Assembly: GCA_900617105.1 (NCBI GenBank)
Contig: UYFQ01000459.1
Coordinates: 1-45,970, forward strand
Direction: 5' to 3'
From: Hydrurus foetidus
Taxonomy: Eukaryota
DNA length: 45,970 nt
Shown here: positions 11,701 to 24,600 of the stretch, one piece after another
Layout: every line of letters begins with the position of its first letter
How positions within the stretch are numbered: the first letter of the stretch is position 1
Notes under the pieces: model-generated
What the model saw: only the letters and a program-made list of their open reading frames with translations
The model's database searches: none
What the model was told of the DNA's origin: nothing
Program-made: the position numbers and the translations under genes

Positions 11701-14700
11701 CCAGCAAAGCACACAATGATGACGCCGTAGTCCACACGCTAGAATGACCCACAGTACACGACTCTCTCTCTCAACCTTCAATAACCTCTATCACTCATCG
11801 TCACCATCAGATCGGACTGCTGACCGGCGACAGCGGCAATGCCATTCTGAAAGACATCATGGAGAACACACGCACAGACATCACCGTTGACTTCGGAGGT
11901 CCACCTGGATTGCCGAGAAAGGTGCACACATCCGCAATGATTAATTCACCAGACGAGGAGACACCTACATTTACATTGCAATACCTAGTCCTTTCTCGAT
12001 TTGTGTCTAACTTACAAAACGCATTGTTACCACGATGTTGTATATGTAGGTTGCGATAACAGGTATCCGTGAAGCAGATGTGGGACTTGCGAACGTCCTT
12101 CTCTCCGACGTCATCGCCACAGGTAACACAATATCTATGTCACAGCTATCTTCAACTGAGCGTGTCGATATCATCATTGACCCCATCAACTTAAATAGTT
12201 CGCACATCGAATTCTCTTCATTATCAGCCGTGACAGAATATTTGCACTTTGGCTTCTTTACTACTTCTCTTCAAAGCCCTCACACTTCGACATCCACACG
12301 ACACATAGGCTCTTACGTGAGTTTCAAAGAGTCAGCTGGCGACAACTCCCTGTCGCAGTCCCTCTCCGCCCTCTCCGACTCCCCCTTTAAAGACAGTGAT
12401 GCACCTATGAATGACGGAAGACTGAGAAGTGGTTCATTCGGGAACATCAGTCAAGGGGGAGGGGGAGGGCCCGGTTTTGACTCCCTTAATTTCTTTCCAA
12501 ACGGTAGAGGCATCGATCAGGCAAACCCTTCTCCGTACTCCGCCCTCCTTAACTCGACGGCTTCACAGAGAGAAAGCGCTATCGCACAGAGAGAAGCCGA
12601 GCAGAGGGAGAGAGAAAGATTCGGCGGTAATCCCAACGGTTTTGGATACGACTTCCGTCAACAGTACCCCGGTGGCCCACCCGGTCCCGGCCACATCGAC
12701 ATGGAGAGGGAGAGAGAGCAGCGCATCACCGCCGCAGCTCGCTTCAACGCGGCATCCAACAGTGGCAACCTTGCCATGACTCCACAGCAACAGCAGCTCC
12801 AATTGATGCAGATGACTTCCAGATACCCTAGACTATTCCCCTCTGCATCGGGGGGTCTAGCTCAGCCTACCGGACCGGGAGCACGAGCTCCTGGTCCCAG
12901 CATGAATTCTGCTGCACCGGTGAGCACCTGTCACTCTTACATCTGTCAACTGTATCTGTTTTTATAGTCACCTAACCTTTCTGTCACTGTTTAAACACAT
13001 TTCGCTCTACTCTCATCTCTGATGACACTCATACCTTCTATTCTTTTTCTTTCATTCTGCAGGGACCAGTAGGAGCCGCCTACCCTGGCTTAGGTCCGGG
13101 GTCCGTACCCCAGGGATTGAGATACCCCCCACTTGCACCCCCAAGAAGTGCCTTTGATATCAGAGACGGTCAGAGGGAGAGAGGGTTTGATGGGATAGGT
13201 GGATATGACGATAGAGGCGGTGATGACTTCGCCGCAGATCTCATGCGATCGGAGGTGAGTCCAACATCACGCTAAATACCTCACAATTGAATGTGACGCC
13301 AACATACCCCACCATCCTTGCACCACATTCTTCTGTCACTTCCAAACCTAACACAAACAACTATCATCGTAGTCATTGAATCGCGCAATAGAGAAGGCCA
13401 ACGCCTCGACAGGAGTTATCCTCGGAGAGATGCTGTGTCCCTCTGAAAAGATCTCCCTCATCATCGGCACCAAGGGTAGCATCATCAACGAAATATCTCG
13501 GAAGTCAAACACCGTTATCAGCATTGTCGATGATGAAACAAGGTATGTCTGATCTACGAAATGTCTGTTTGTTCCCTTTCCTTTCTTCTTCAGTATTGAA
13601 CTCCTTCCCTGATTCATATAATAAGTCTTATCTTCATCTTCCATTCTATTCTCAATCTCCTATCTTCTATGACGAAACTAATCATCTTTTCTCTGTATTC
13701 TCGCATCGTATTACACAGATCTAACCCTGCCAATCCATTCTTGAGCAAAACCCACCGCCTGATTCTCATTAGAGGTAGTGACGAGGGAGTGGAGACTGCC
13801 AGGCGATACATAGCGGGTGTTATTGCATCCGGCCCCGCCTACCTCAACGTAGAAATCCTCAGTCCCGGCTCTTATCAAAACTTAGCTTCCAACATGGGCA
13901 TGACAGTGGTCGGCCAAGAGCCGTTCAGACAAGGCCAGGCCCCCCCACCTAGTCAGTTTGGAAGAGACAGCTTGCTAGGACTGCAGCCACCTCGCGCTGG
14001 AGTCAATGCGAGATTGTTAGGGGACTTCGATGACCGCTACAGTGCACTTTCTGGGGCACCACCCGGTTTAGGGGATCTGAATGAGTTCGACGACAGACTG
14101 AGTCCCCCTGCTAGAATGGGTCCACCCGGTCTGACTGCTCTTACTGAGTCCTTAGTGTCAGAGGAAGAGAACGCACAGGCAGGATCCTTATTCTGGGGCT
14201 CAGCTGGCACGCATAGTCAGTACGGGGGAATGGACGGAGGGCGCATCGCCCCGCCTTCTCAACTCTCCTTCACAGACCTGAAGAATGCCGGTATCATGAA
14301 CAACATTGAGTCCGGCAACACCGCACCTGATCCCAACTCCCGTCGCTCCATGGCACGCTTCCAGACATATCTGGACAGAACACACGCACAACAGAGCCAA
14401 CAGCCCACAGTAGACAGATCAAGCCCAGCATCGCCGCGATTCTCCACAAGTCGCCCACAAGATAACGACAGGACGTACTCCCGCACTTTGAATGAAGTGC
14501 TTGACACACTAACATGTCCGCTTGAGAAAATCCCTCTTCTTCTCGGCACGAAAGGCGCGACCCTGAGACGCATCATCGACATCAGTGGAGCAGACATCAT
14601 CATCAACCATGAACTCCCTCCATCTGTCCCTCGCATTCTGGAATTAAGAGGCACGGAGACGCAGGTGAACAGTGCAAGGGACATGATCGAAGAGATTCTC

Positions 14701-17700
14701 GAGAGTGGTAGTCCGCCCGCTCCTCTCGCCTCTTCCATTGCATCGGGTTTGCCATCGTCACTTGGCAGAGAAGAAGAGGAGCAACTCTCCACCCACGACA
14801 GCAGTCACTGGATGTCCATGAACGCCTCTACGTATCACGGAGAAGGCAGAAGCAGGAACTCAGATCGCTTCCCAGAGGGGTCTGAAGCAGACCACAAGGA
14901 GCGAGAGAGAGAAAGAGACAACAAAGAGAAAGACGAATACGAGGCCATGTACGGCAAGTTCATGACGGAAGACTTATCCCGCTCAGGGTCACCTGCCCGT
15001 GCCGTCACTCCTCTAGGAATATACATCAAGGACGCCCCCGCTGTGTTTGTGGAGAACAATAACTATGACGAAGACGACTCTCTAGGCAGCGACGATGATG
15101 CAGGGGACTCAACTATGCTCACACAGAGCGTGTCGATTAACTCCCAGCAGCTCATCAGCATCATGCAGGCTAACCTGGGTATTCTCGACAAAGTAGCTAA
15201 CTGCACTGGGACCACGGTAAGACTTGTGAACAGAAACTCTGCAGCGTTTCAATCAGGCACCTCCGAGAGCATGCCGCCTAGTCCACTGAAAGGCGTTACA
15301 GCTAAAGGTCGAAATAATCTCGGCTCTCATTCTCTAGATGAAACGGAGTTAGAGAGAAGCGGCATCACTCAGTACAACAGAACGCCTCCTATGTCCGCGC
15401 AGCGTAGTCTCAGTCATGTTGTGATGGTATCCGGTCCAGCCTTACAAGAAGTACAGAGCGGAGTAGCAGTGATGCGCAAAGTTCTGCACTACTTAATAGC
15501 ACAGAGCGGCGGCACGTCTAGCTCAAAAGTTATCACCTCTATCATGGTTGAAAATGTTGTGTGGCCTGGAGACACCTTAAAAGATCTATCCAAACACCGA
15601 ACTTCTCTCATCAAAGATATCGGAACGACTAGCGGTGCCGGTATTGTTCTCATCAAACGATTCACCACAAGCAAAGAGACTAAAGCGGCTCCTCTCGTGA
15701 TCCCACCACCTGCCCTATCCATATCATTTGCTGATGTGCTGTTGAAGAGAGAGCCTTCTCTTGTGGTGGTAGCTCCTGTCATCCCCATCCCAGCAGCGGC
15801 AGTATCTTATCATCACCACGTCGTGCTGATCGGATCGAGATTCCGCATCGCCGCCGCGCGCACATTACTAGAGAAAGTGATGGTGCCTAGTGACGACAGT
15901 GTGTCTTCCACCCCTGCCTCGCCAGCGATGTCAAGCTATCAGAGCAACGGACTGATTGTGAGAATCCCTCCACCTCCAAGGAAAGTCGCTGATAGTAACG
16001 GCATACTGAGTGACAGTGAAGACGAGAACAGCTACGACAGTGATGATGATGACGAGAGCTACGAGTCAGGCAGTGGAGATGACTCTTACTCCGGTAACGG
16101 CACCACTGGCAGACAGTATGGGACGAGGAGAAACGAGAGAAGGGGTTCCGACAGGACAGACAGAAGTCGTGATGACGACTCATCCAATGTCGTGTGCATC
16201 TTAGACTGTCCCAACGACAAGGCAGGCCTCGTAATCGGCTACAAGGGATCTGCCATTCGCACAATGTCTGCGAAGACGAGAGCCAAGATCGTTGTCACCG
16301 ATGCAATCATCAATGGGGGAGTGAGCAAACGCAGCGTTAAGATTCTGGGCACGAGGAAACAAGTCGAGAAGGTAACACATATCACAAACAGCATATACGA
16401 ACAGTCATCGTTGGCAAACACATGAACCCTCCTCATTAAGCTGCATCTGTCAGCAGTCCACAAACAGTGCATCGCATCACACCCAATGAGTACCCATCTA
16501 ACAAGATTCTTCTTACTCGCAACAAATAGGCGAGAGCACTAGTAGAGAGACTGATGGAGATCGGCACAGACGCGTTTGACGAGGACTACAACCCCGCTGC
16601 ATCCACCTCCCTCAAGGTATATGGCAGACATCCTTCACTGTCGAAACCCACCACCCCTTCCTACTGCGACTGCTCCACTCTGATTGATGCATCTTACGTA
16701 CTCAGTGCCACATCTTCTTACCATGTCCTCAATATCTCACTTTCTACTATCATGATAGGGCGTGATCGTTCCTACGAAAGAGACGTACATTACTTCCGCT
16801 ACGTGCAGCAAACAAGCAGAGAGAGAAGCCAGAGATAGAGATAGGGACAGAGAGAAGGATAAAGATGCAGGAGCAGCATCTTATCAATCGGTAGAAATCG
16901 AAGTACCTACAGACATTCTCAAGAAATACCTTATCTCCAAGAACGCTGAGGTAAGAAAACATCTAAATACTTATTGAAGTTCTTCTCTATCTCCCTTATT
17001 AGTCATTAGTCTCAACGTTCAACGCCTTTTTCTTTTTCAGGTTATTTGTAAGGAGATATTGAATCGTTTCTTCGTGGTGGTAACCTTTCCTCCCATGCCC
17101 ACATCTTCATCACCTGACGGTAAGTCTATTCTCATCTTATCTAATCCCCTGAGCACTGCCCCTTGATCTGACTGTATGTTTGTTACCATGCGTCATTTTG
17201 CATCGTGAAATCAAACTATATATTCTCATCTTCTGTCGTTGAGAAATGCTCTTGACCTGACTAATACCCGTCCCGTCCTGTCCTAAGCAAGAACTATCAC
17301 GCATTACTACTTGCACTTTCATAAGGGGTCTGAACAATTGATGCGATAAGTCGTATAACTGTCATCACTTCACACAGACACTCATCACCAACCTTCCTCA
17401 GTATCGAACATATTCTAATCTCCCACACTTGTTAATCAATTATCATCAGCATCGTCAGTGGTTAAGCTGCGAGGCAACCGATCTCAACTTGATCGAGCTG
17501 GTGTGTACCTTAAGAGAGGGTTCGGCACGCACAAAGAAAAGGAAGAGAGACTCGTGGTAGACACAAGAAAAAGGAGACCAGGTGCAAGAGACAGAGACTC
17601 GGATGAAGATATCTATGAGGTGAGAAAGTCCGAGAAAGCCGACAGGAAAGTTGAACTTAAAGAAAGCAGCAGCAGCAGAGAAGTCACGATTGAAAGCGGT

Positions 17701-18890
17701 CCTTGGAAGATACCAGAGAGGGAGAGAGATAGGGACAGAGAGAGAGAGAGAGACAGGGATAGAGAGGACAAGGAGAGAAAAGACGACTTCGTGTCTGTCG
17801 CTGTCACCGTGCCCTGCCCAGCATCAAGAGCCGGTTGCTTGATAGGGAGCAAAGGTGAGTTCTGAACACTAACCCCTACTCTCTTTCTTCTCCCCTCCCC
17901 TCCTCTTAGTCTACTGAGGAGACGTCTTTCGCCTATGACACTGTCTGTCTGTCCGTCAGATATGTTCATTCTTCGTTTCACCTTACTCTATCGCCATCTC
18001 TCTTGATACCTCTTTATTGCTGTTTCAATTTGTTTTCTCAGGCGCGATTGTCAAAGAAATCATGCGCAGAACCACAGCACGAATCACCATTAGTGACGAG
18101 GTAACATAAGTCAACTCGCAGCATTCACACAAACGTAGCACTCATGAACATATTGAGGGTTGCATCTGTTTTCTTGGTTGTCCAACGACATGATCTACAT
18201 GTCTTCACTTGAATTCTAACGCCATCTCTTTCTCCTCACAAGAAGCCATCACACTAAAGACCATTATTGCTTCTAGCTGTTGACAAACTCAATGACACCT
18301 CAAGTCGCTATCAAATCACTCACCAATTCTCATCACTTTAATTAACATCACTTCACTACATCGCCCTCTTTATCTCTCAGGTGATTCTGAAGTTGTCCCC
18401 TTCCGCCCTTGCGAGCAACAAGGACATGACACCAGATCCTACCGGATATAGATGGGTTACCATCAAGGTGACGAACTCTCACATACATATCATCTTACGC
18501 CGCCTATCTGTTAGGAATCTTTTGTCTCTGGAAATGCAGCAAAAACAGTCGATACTGCACACTATCTCCTGACGCCTCTCTTTAAATGTCTTTTAGTCCA
18601 GAAGATACTTATTCTTCTCGGCTTCCTACCCCTGATTTGCGTCAATTTACTACAACAATCCGTCTATCAAACATCACATAACGCAAGGACGCACATATTA
18701 CAGATGCATACATTACTCCTCCTCTGTTCTTAGTGTAACAAACTCTACTATACCAACATCATCGCCATCTAATGATGCCTTTCTGGACCCTCCATTTTTT
18801 TGTCTGCAGGGTGGTGATGACTCTGTCGGAGCTGCCGATGCACTTGTTCGCTCCGTGATTGAACTTGGAGCGAAAGCACTTAGCAAGTAA
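8788..18890 (+). CDS. B-box zinc finger + multi-KH-domain RNA-binding protein (~2384 aa, 17 exons)
   Basis: join(8788-9318, 9447-10461, 10663-11117, 11313-11666, 11811-11921, 12050-12122, 12309-12919, 13063-13254, 13373-13542, 13719-16371, 16530-16616, 16759-16950, 17041-17119, 17450-17854, 18042-18100, 18381-18467, 18810-18890). All introns GT-AG; 7155 nt open in frame. N-terminal CRSC...CLQC...CLVCARHH...H is B-box-like. KH GxxG loops: LTGDSG, IIGTKG, LLGTKG, VIGYKG, LIGSKG, plus about four degenerate KH-like units. Confidence 0.85.
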
Positions 18891-20168
18891 TCCCTTTTCC
18901 TCCCTCTCATCTTCATCCCCTCCTCTTCTACTCTCCTCCATTCTGTTTATATTGGGAGGAAACTAGAAGAAGCGAAGCGTCCTGTAGGGGAGACGATGAA
19001 CACTCCGATCAGACAGAGCAGTGCAGAATATTTCTGCGACCTGTTTTCAGGCTGTTTGTCTGCCTGATCTACAAATCCACTCTCCCTCCATCCAGCACCA
19101 TCCACTTCCTGTGTGTGCTCTTATCAAGTAGTAGCAGCAAAGACATTCCTGACCACGGATTGAAAGTGCCCACACTACTTAAAGAGTAATACAACTGAGA
19201 AGACAAATAATACCAACAAATAAACTATGCCGCGAAGTTAATATAAAAAATAAAAAAACCACAAAAAGAATGAAATTAATTATATGAAATGAAATGAACC
19301 GAATTGAAATGTGTACAATACCACAACGAAATATTCCACCCTCAGTCGATTCGACCGACTTCCTTCCCTTGTTGGCGAAGAGCCAATAGCTGGGAATTCA
19401 TTTCCCTTTATCCCTGCCTACCCCTTTCTTACTCTTTCCCTTCATCACTCCCTCTTTATTTCTCCACTTCTCTCTCTCTCTCCCTTTCAATCCATCTCAA
19501 CCCTCCTCTTTCTACATCCAAAAACAGACGAAGTTAACGTCCAAGCGCGCGATCGCAATCTATTCCTCCCCTCTTATCTCTCTATCGTTCTAGCTCCCCT
19601 CTTCCATCTCTCTCCCTCTCACTCATTAGTAGCCACTTAAGTTGTCACCATTTATTTTCCATTGAAGAAATGCGACTCAGCTTCATCGGCTCCTACGCGT
19701 GGGCACATATATGTGACGTGACACCATGCTGTACAGTAACGTTCATTTCCGATCCTATCCCCTCCAACCTTATCTGCTCCCCTCTACACCTACACCTACA
19801 CCTCTCTCCCAGCCTGCCACTCTCACCATCCAATGCGATGAAGGCCACACAATCCACCCTACTCCATTCAACTGAAAAGCTCCCCTCAAATACCACAAAA
19901 AGCACCCACCCCATCATTATCTCCGTCACCTCAACATACGACACACAACGCCTTATCCACTTCATTTTCGACTCTCCTCTCTCCCTCTCCCTTTGCCCTC
20001 CACTACCCCTGCTCCCACTCCACTCCTGTTTTCATCCTCTGGAAAACTGTGAAAAAATGTAAATTATCAATATTAAAATGAAATGAACGGAAAATTAGAA
20101 GCATTGAATAAAATCTATGCAACAAATTGATCAATGTGAAGTAGCCATAGGTGTAGGAGTAATATAAT

Positions 20169-20396
20169 CAATCAGAGCATCCGAAACAGCGCTTTTAACA
20201 AGAGCCACCGAGCGCGATTAGTTATGTTCATTCATTCAGTTATGCAACGCCGGGTTAACAACCCTATCCCACCTCTCTTCTATCCGCGACTGGGGGGTCC
20301 TGTGATGCATCCTGCACTCAGCTATGCTAATCGAACCAAAGGCATGTAATAAAGCAGAGTGGCTCGGTATTTATGTTACGATGCGTCCTCTGATTG
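20169..20396. ncRNA. Candidate structured RNA (nested long-range helices), family unknown
   Basis: Nested complementary pairs: CAATCAGA 20169-76/TCTGATTG 20389-96; GCATC 20177-81/GATGC 20380-84; TAACA 20196-200/TGTTA 20374-78; ACCGAGC 20207-13/GCTCGGT 20362-68; CGATTAG 20215-21/CTAATCG 20327-33; GGGTT/AACCC hairpin 20252-64. No ORF, and no known ncRNA motif recognised. Confidence 0.3.
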
Positions 20397-21301
20397 GTTT
20401 CGTCTCGTTTCCGTGCTTGCTTAATAAAAGTGTGACGATAAGATAACGATACCGGAATAAGGTAGGCTAGGGTAGGTGTAGACTTTGTTATGTTCTTTTA
20501 CTGTAAGAAGAAATTAAGCTTGCCCACCACGACTTGTACACTAGCGTATATGGTGGCGAAGCTAGTAAAATAAAGTGAGAGTGAATGGTGGTGGATGTGA
20601 TAAGAATAAGAACAGAGAGGAGGGGTAGGACGGATGGATGTACAGATAGAGACGACACGATGCGATAGCTTACGAAGGATATCTGTCGGTCGTTCTTAAG
20701 TACCCCTACTGTACGTACCCCTACTTAAACAGTATACAACAAGCCTCGCAATGCAATCTATAGCACAGAACTCTCCCCTACAAGTCGCCCTAATGCTACC
20801 ATCGCTGATTCACAGACTTCACCGTCCAACACGAAGGCAGTAGAAAGTGACATAAAAGAGAGAGTGAGCCAGACTTACGAGTCAACTGCAGAAAGGACTT
20901 TACCTAGGTTTCTAATGTAGACTATCACATCATCCTTTTTCCTTATTCAACGATTTCATTATAAAGATAACGCCCGATTAACTGAAACGACCTCATCTTT
21001 TTCAACAGCACGTTTCAAATCTCAAGACTTTATCCTCGCTTATTCTCGATCGCCCTAGTTTCAGTCGACCAAAAATTTTCCGATTGAGAAACCGTTTGGG
21101 GATAGTATGAAGAAAATACACAACTGCTCACTAGTAACTGTGCGATGCGATCTGTAAAAATAAGAACGACATCATGATGTTTAAAAAATGTCTATTCTCC
21201 AACCTGTCCGACCGGTCGGACTTTTGCTAGCCCGGTAGGAGATCATGCGCGCCGTACACACTGCACGTACGTTAAAAGTAAAGTCAGATAGAGGAGCCAA
21301 C

Positions 21302-21670
21302 TGTTGGAGTTTCGTTCTGTGGTGAACTGCTCTTTGTAGTATGTAGGACCGTTCGGTCATTGTTGTGTGTGTGTGTGTGTGTGATGTACTATACGGTTGT
21401 ATGGTGCGTTACAGTTCGGCATGAAAAGTGTTTCATGCGCGTTACACCACTCGTTCATTGATGTTCTGTTTTCTTCCTTCTAGAGTAGCGTAGATAGGTG
21501 GCGCTGTAAGCTTCGTGGCTGGCAAACAGGGATGTCAGTCACAAGTTAAATTATCGACTGATTGGAAAACAACACCTCTTCCATTTCACGGGATTTGCGT
21601 AGTTCTCGTACTAGACACTTCGTACGTGAAGCTGTTCACGGCGCGGTTGCGGAATACGGAATTCGCAACA
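21302..21670 (+). repeat. 5' LTR of Copia element (369 bp)
   Basis: TG...CA ends. Matches the 3' LTR except for a 1-bp indel in the (TG)n tract. Confidence 0.96.
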
Positions 21671-21696
21671 TAATTTAAACACTTGAGGCAGCCGAG

Positions 21697-24600
21697 ATGC
21701 CTCCAAAGAAAGCGGCAGTGGCCGAGAAATCCACAGATGGATGTATTCTCCAGTATGGGCAGGAAAACAACGCCGTGGAGTGGCGCGAGGAGATGTACAA
21801 CCTTACAACAGGGTTGTACGGGACCACCGGGATGTTCTTTCATCTCAATAGGTCATACAAGCATCCCCTTCCCCAGCTGAAAGACTACCATCCTGCGTAT
21901 GTCGCACCAGTCGTTGCCGCCAACCCAGTTGCGGATGCGGACGACGATGAGGACTACGGGAGTGGAAACGAAGAAGACAGTGGTGACGACAGTACGGTCC
22001 AGGAGGAAACCGAGGGACCTGTCGTCAATGTCGAACAGTTCTCAGAAAAGTTCATTAATAAGCTCAGAGAAGGAGCCTATGACCGCCGCCAACGTGCAAT
22101 CGAGCTACAGGCAGTGAACGAGACCAAGATTTGGGCACTTATGTGGTCCAAGATGTCAACGGCATCGCAGAGCAAGGTCAGAGAGGACCCGAAATTTGAG
22201 ATGGCCCGGCATGCCCTCGACAGCGTGAGGCTGTGGAAGTTCATCCGGAAATCGCACATCTCGCACATGTACGGTGATCACGACAACATGTCGTCGGTAA
22301 ACCTACACGACCAACAGCTCCGGTATAACGTACTACGGCAAGGAGACCGTGAACTCGTTGCAGACTTCAAGACTAGGTTTGATAACCAGCTCAAGGCCAA
22401 CCACGGAGTTGGTATGGTGGAGGTTGCAGAATCGATCAAAGCACTGGATTTCATCAGTAAGTTGGATCTAAAAAGGTATGGGAGCATGCTCACCACTATG
22501 CGTAACAATGCATGCCAAAACATCCCTGGTGCATACCCTAGTACACTCGCAGCAGCGTTCCGTACAGCCTCTACATGGACCCGGGACGGATCCTTCGCAC
22601 CGTTAGGAGGCATCCCACACCTAGCGTTCTTAGCCGATGCCATACACGTCACTAAGGGTAAAGAAACCGAAAAAGTGAAGACCCCCCCACCGTCTAAGAA
22701 GGTTCCTGCTGACAACAAAGCAAAAAGGTCGTCCCTGGAAAGTGTGCTGTGTTATGTCTGTGGAAACCTCGGACATTACGCTCGAGATTGTGACGAACGA
22801 AAATCTGAGAAAGCACTATATACATCCACCGAGAACATCAGTGTTGACGATAAAGACAAGGGTGAATACGCGTTCACGACAACCACCGAACTTGTCCTGT
22901 TCTCGCGGTCACATGTCCTTCTCGACAATCAACCATCTGTAAGCATTTTCAGCAACAAGGATCTCTTAACGGATGTGAAACAAGCGGACAGTTCGATCGT
23001 GCTCAACGGTGTCCAAGCTAATGCGAAGGGAGTCCGAGTCTCTGAGGAAGGATACTTCAATGAAGTCGGGAACGTCTACTACAGCCCTAATGCTACCGCG
23101 AACATACTATCGTTTGCTGCTATGGTTGATGATGGTGCAAAGATCAGATATGATCAAAACGAGAGCAGATTCACGTTACAGCCCAAAGGGAGCGATAACA
23201 TATACAGTTTCTGTCGCAGAAGCATTCCAGGCAGCGAGGGTAGGTTTTACGTGTGTGACGTTCGATCCATGATCTCGAAGCGAGCAACGAGCCATCCACC
23301 TGAAGAGCATGCCATGGTCCAAACGGTAGCCGACAACCTAAAGCTACACACTAAGAGAGAAGTGATGTCAGCAAGGTGTGCGCGAGAGCTAATCGCACGA
23401 ATGGGATATCCATCGGTAGAAGAAGCAATATCAATGCTGAGAACCGGGAATGACTTCAACGTAACCGAGTATGACTTCCGTGTGGCCGATGCAATCTGGG
23501 GGAAGGACATCGCGTCGATCAAAGGGAAGACGGTGAAACGGAGATCACAGACACCAATGCTCACACTGACACCATCAGTCGTCCAGCAGGAACAGATACT
23601 GTCTATTGACATCATGTTCGTCGAACAGGTCGCATTACTTGTTGCTGTGTCTCACCCACTTGATCTCACCCTAGGTGTTATACTGGATCAGGCAGACTCC
23701 GGAAAGCCATCGCGAACCGCAGAGTCAGTAAAGAAGTGCCTGGATGTTATCATCTCAACCCTGAAGTCACGGAACTTCATCGTGTCGCTTATCATGTCAG
23801 ACGGAGAGGGAGCCATCGGCAAACTGACCCCATACCTTGAACGCTTGTCGATAGAAGTCAACATCAGCGGTGCGGGTGGACACATTGCAAGAGTCGAGCG
23901 ACGAATTCGGATGATCAAAGAGCGAATCAGATCACACATCTGTGGCAGACTGCCGTTCGCACTAACAATCAATGGTCTGTCGATGCTTGCGCTATATTGC
24001 ATTTCCCGTATCAACTATCAACACTCAGGCTCACGTCCGGGGGGGACTACACCAAGGGAAGCTTTCTCAGGACAGCGGATTGCGGGGACTCGGGACTTCC
24101 GGGTGGCCTTTGGGGACTATTGTCAATGCACCGTTGCGAACACCGATAACTCGATGAACCCTCGCACCGAAGACTGTATAGTGTGCTTACCAACCAGTAA
24201 TCGTACAGGATCTGTCAAAATGCTCTCTATTGCGACTAACAAGATTATTCTCAGAGACAACTTCAAAGTGCTACCAATGCCAGCGTCTATCATCCAGATC
24301 CTTAACCAACTCGCAGCGAAAGATGGTCGATACCTATCAAGGACTCCCAACGTGTACAACGAGATACAATACAGACACAGTGTGGACAAATCCATGATGC
24401 CGAGATTCATGCAGATCCGACCACCGAACCCTGAACAAAGACAACGAGCTCATGCCCAGGACTCACCTGCCATCGCACAACTGAGCCAGCCGATCCTCGC
24501 CGACATTCCACAGGAGGAATTCTCAGTTCCACCGGACATAGGGGGTGATCTAACATTAACTCAAAATATTTCTGAACTACATCCGGAGGAGACTGTTCAA

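Noticed and set aside
20250..20272. Telomerase RNA template (CAACCCTATCCC)
   Set aside because: Not a clean 1.5-repeat match to TTAGGG or TTTAGGG, and no Pol III promoter or terminator was recognised.
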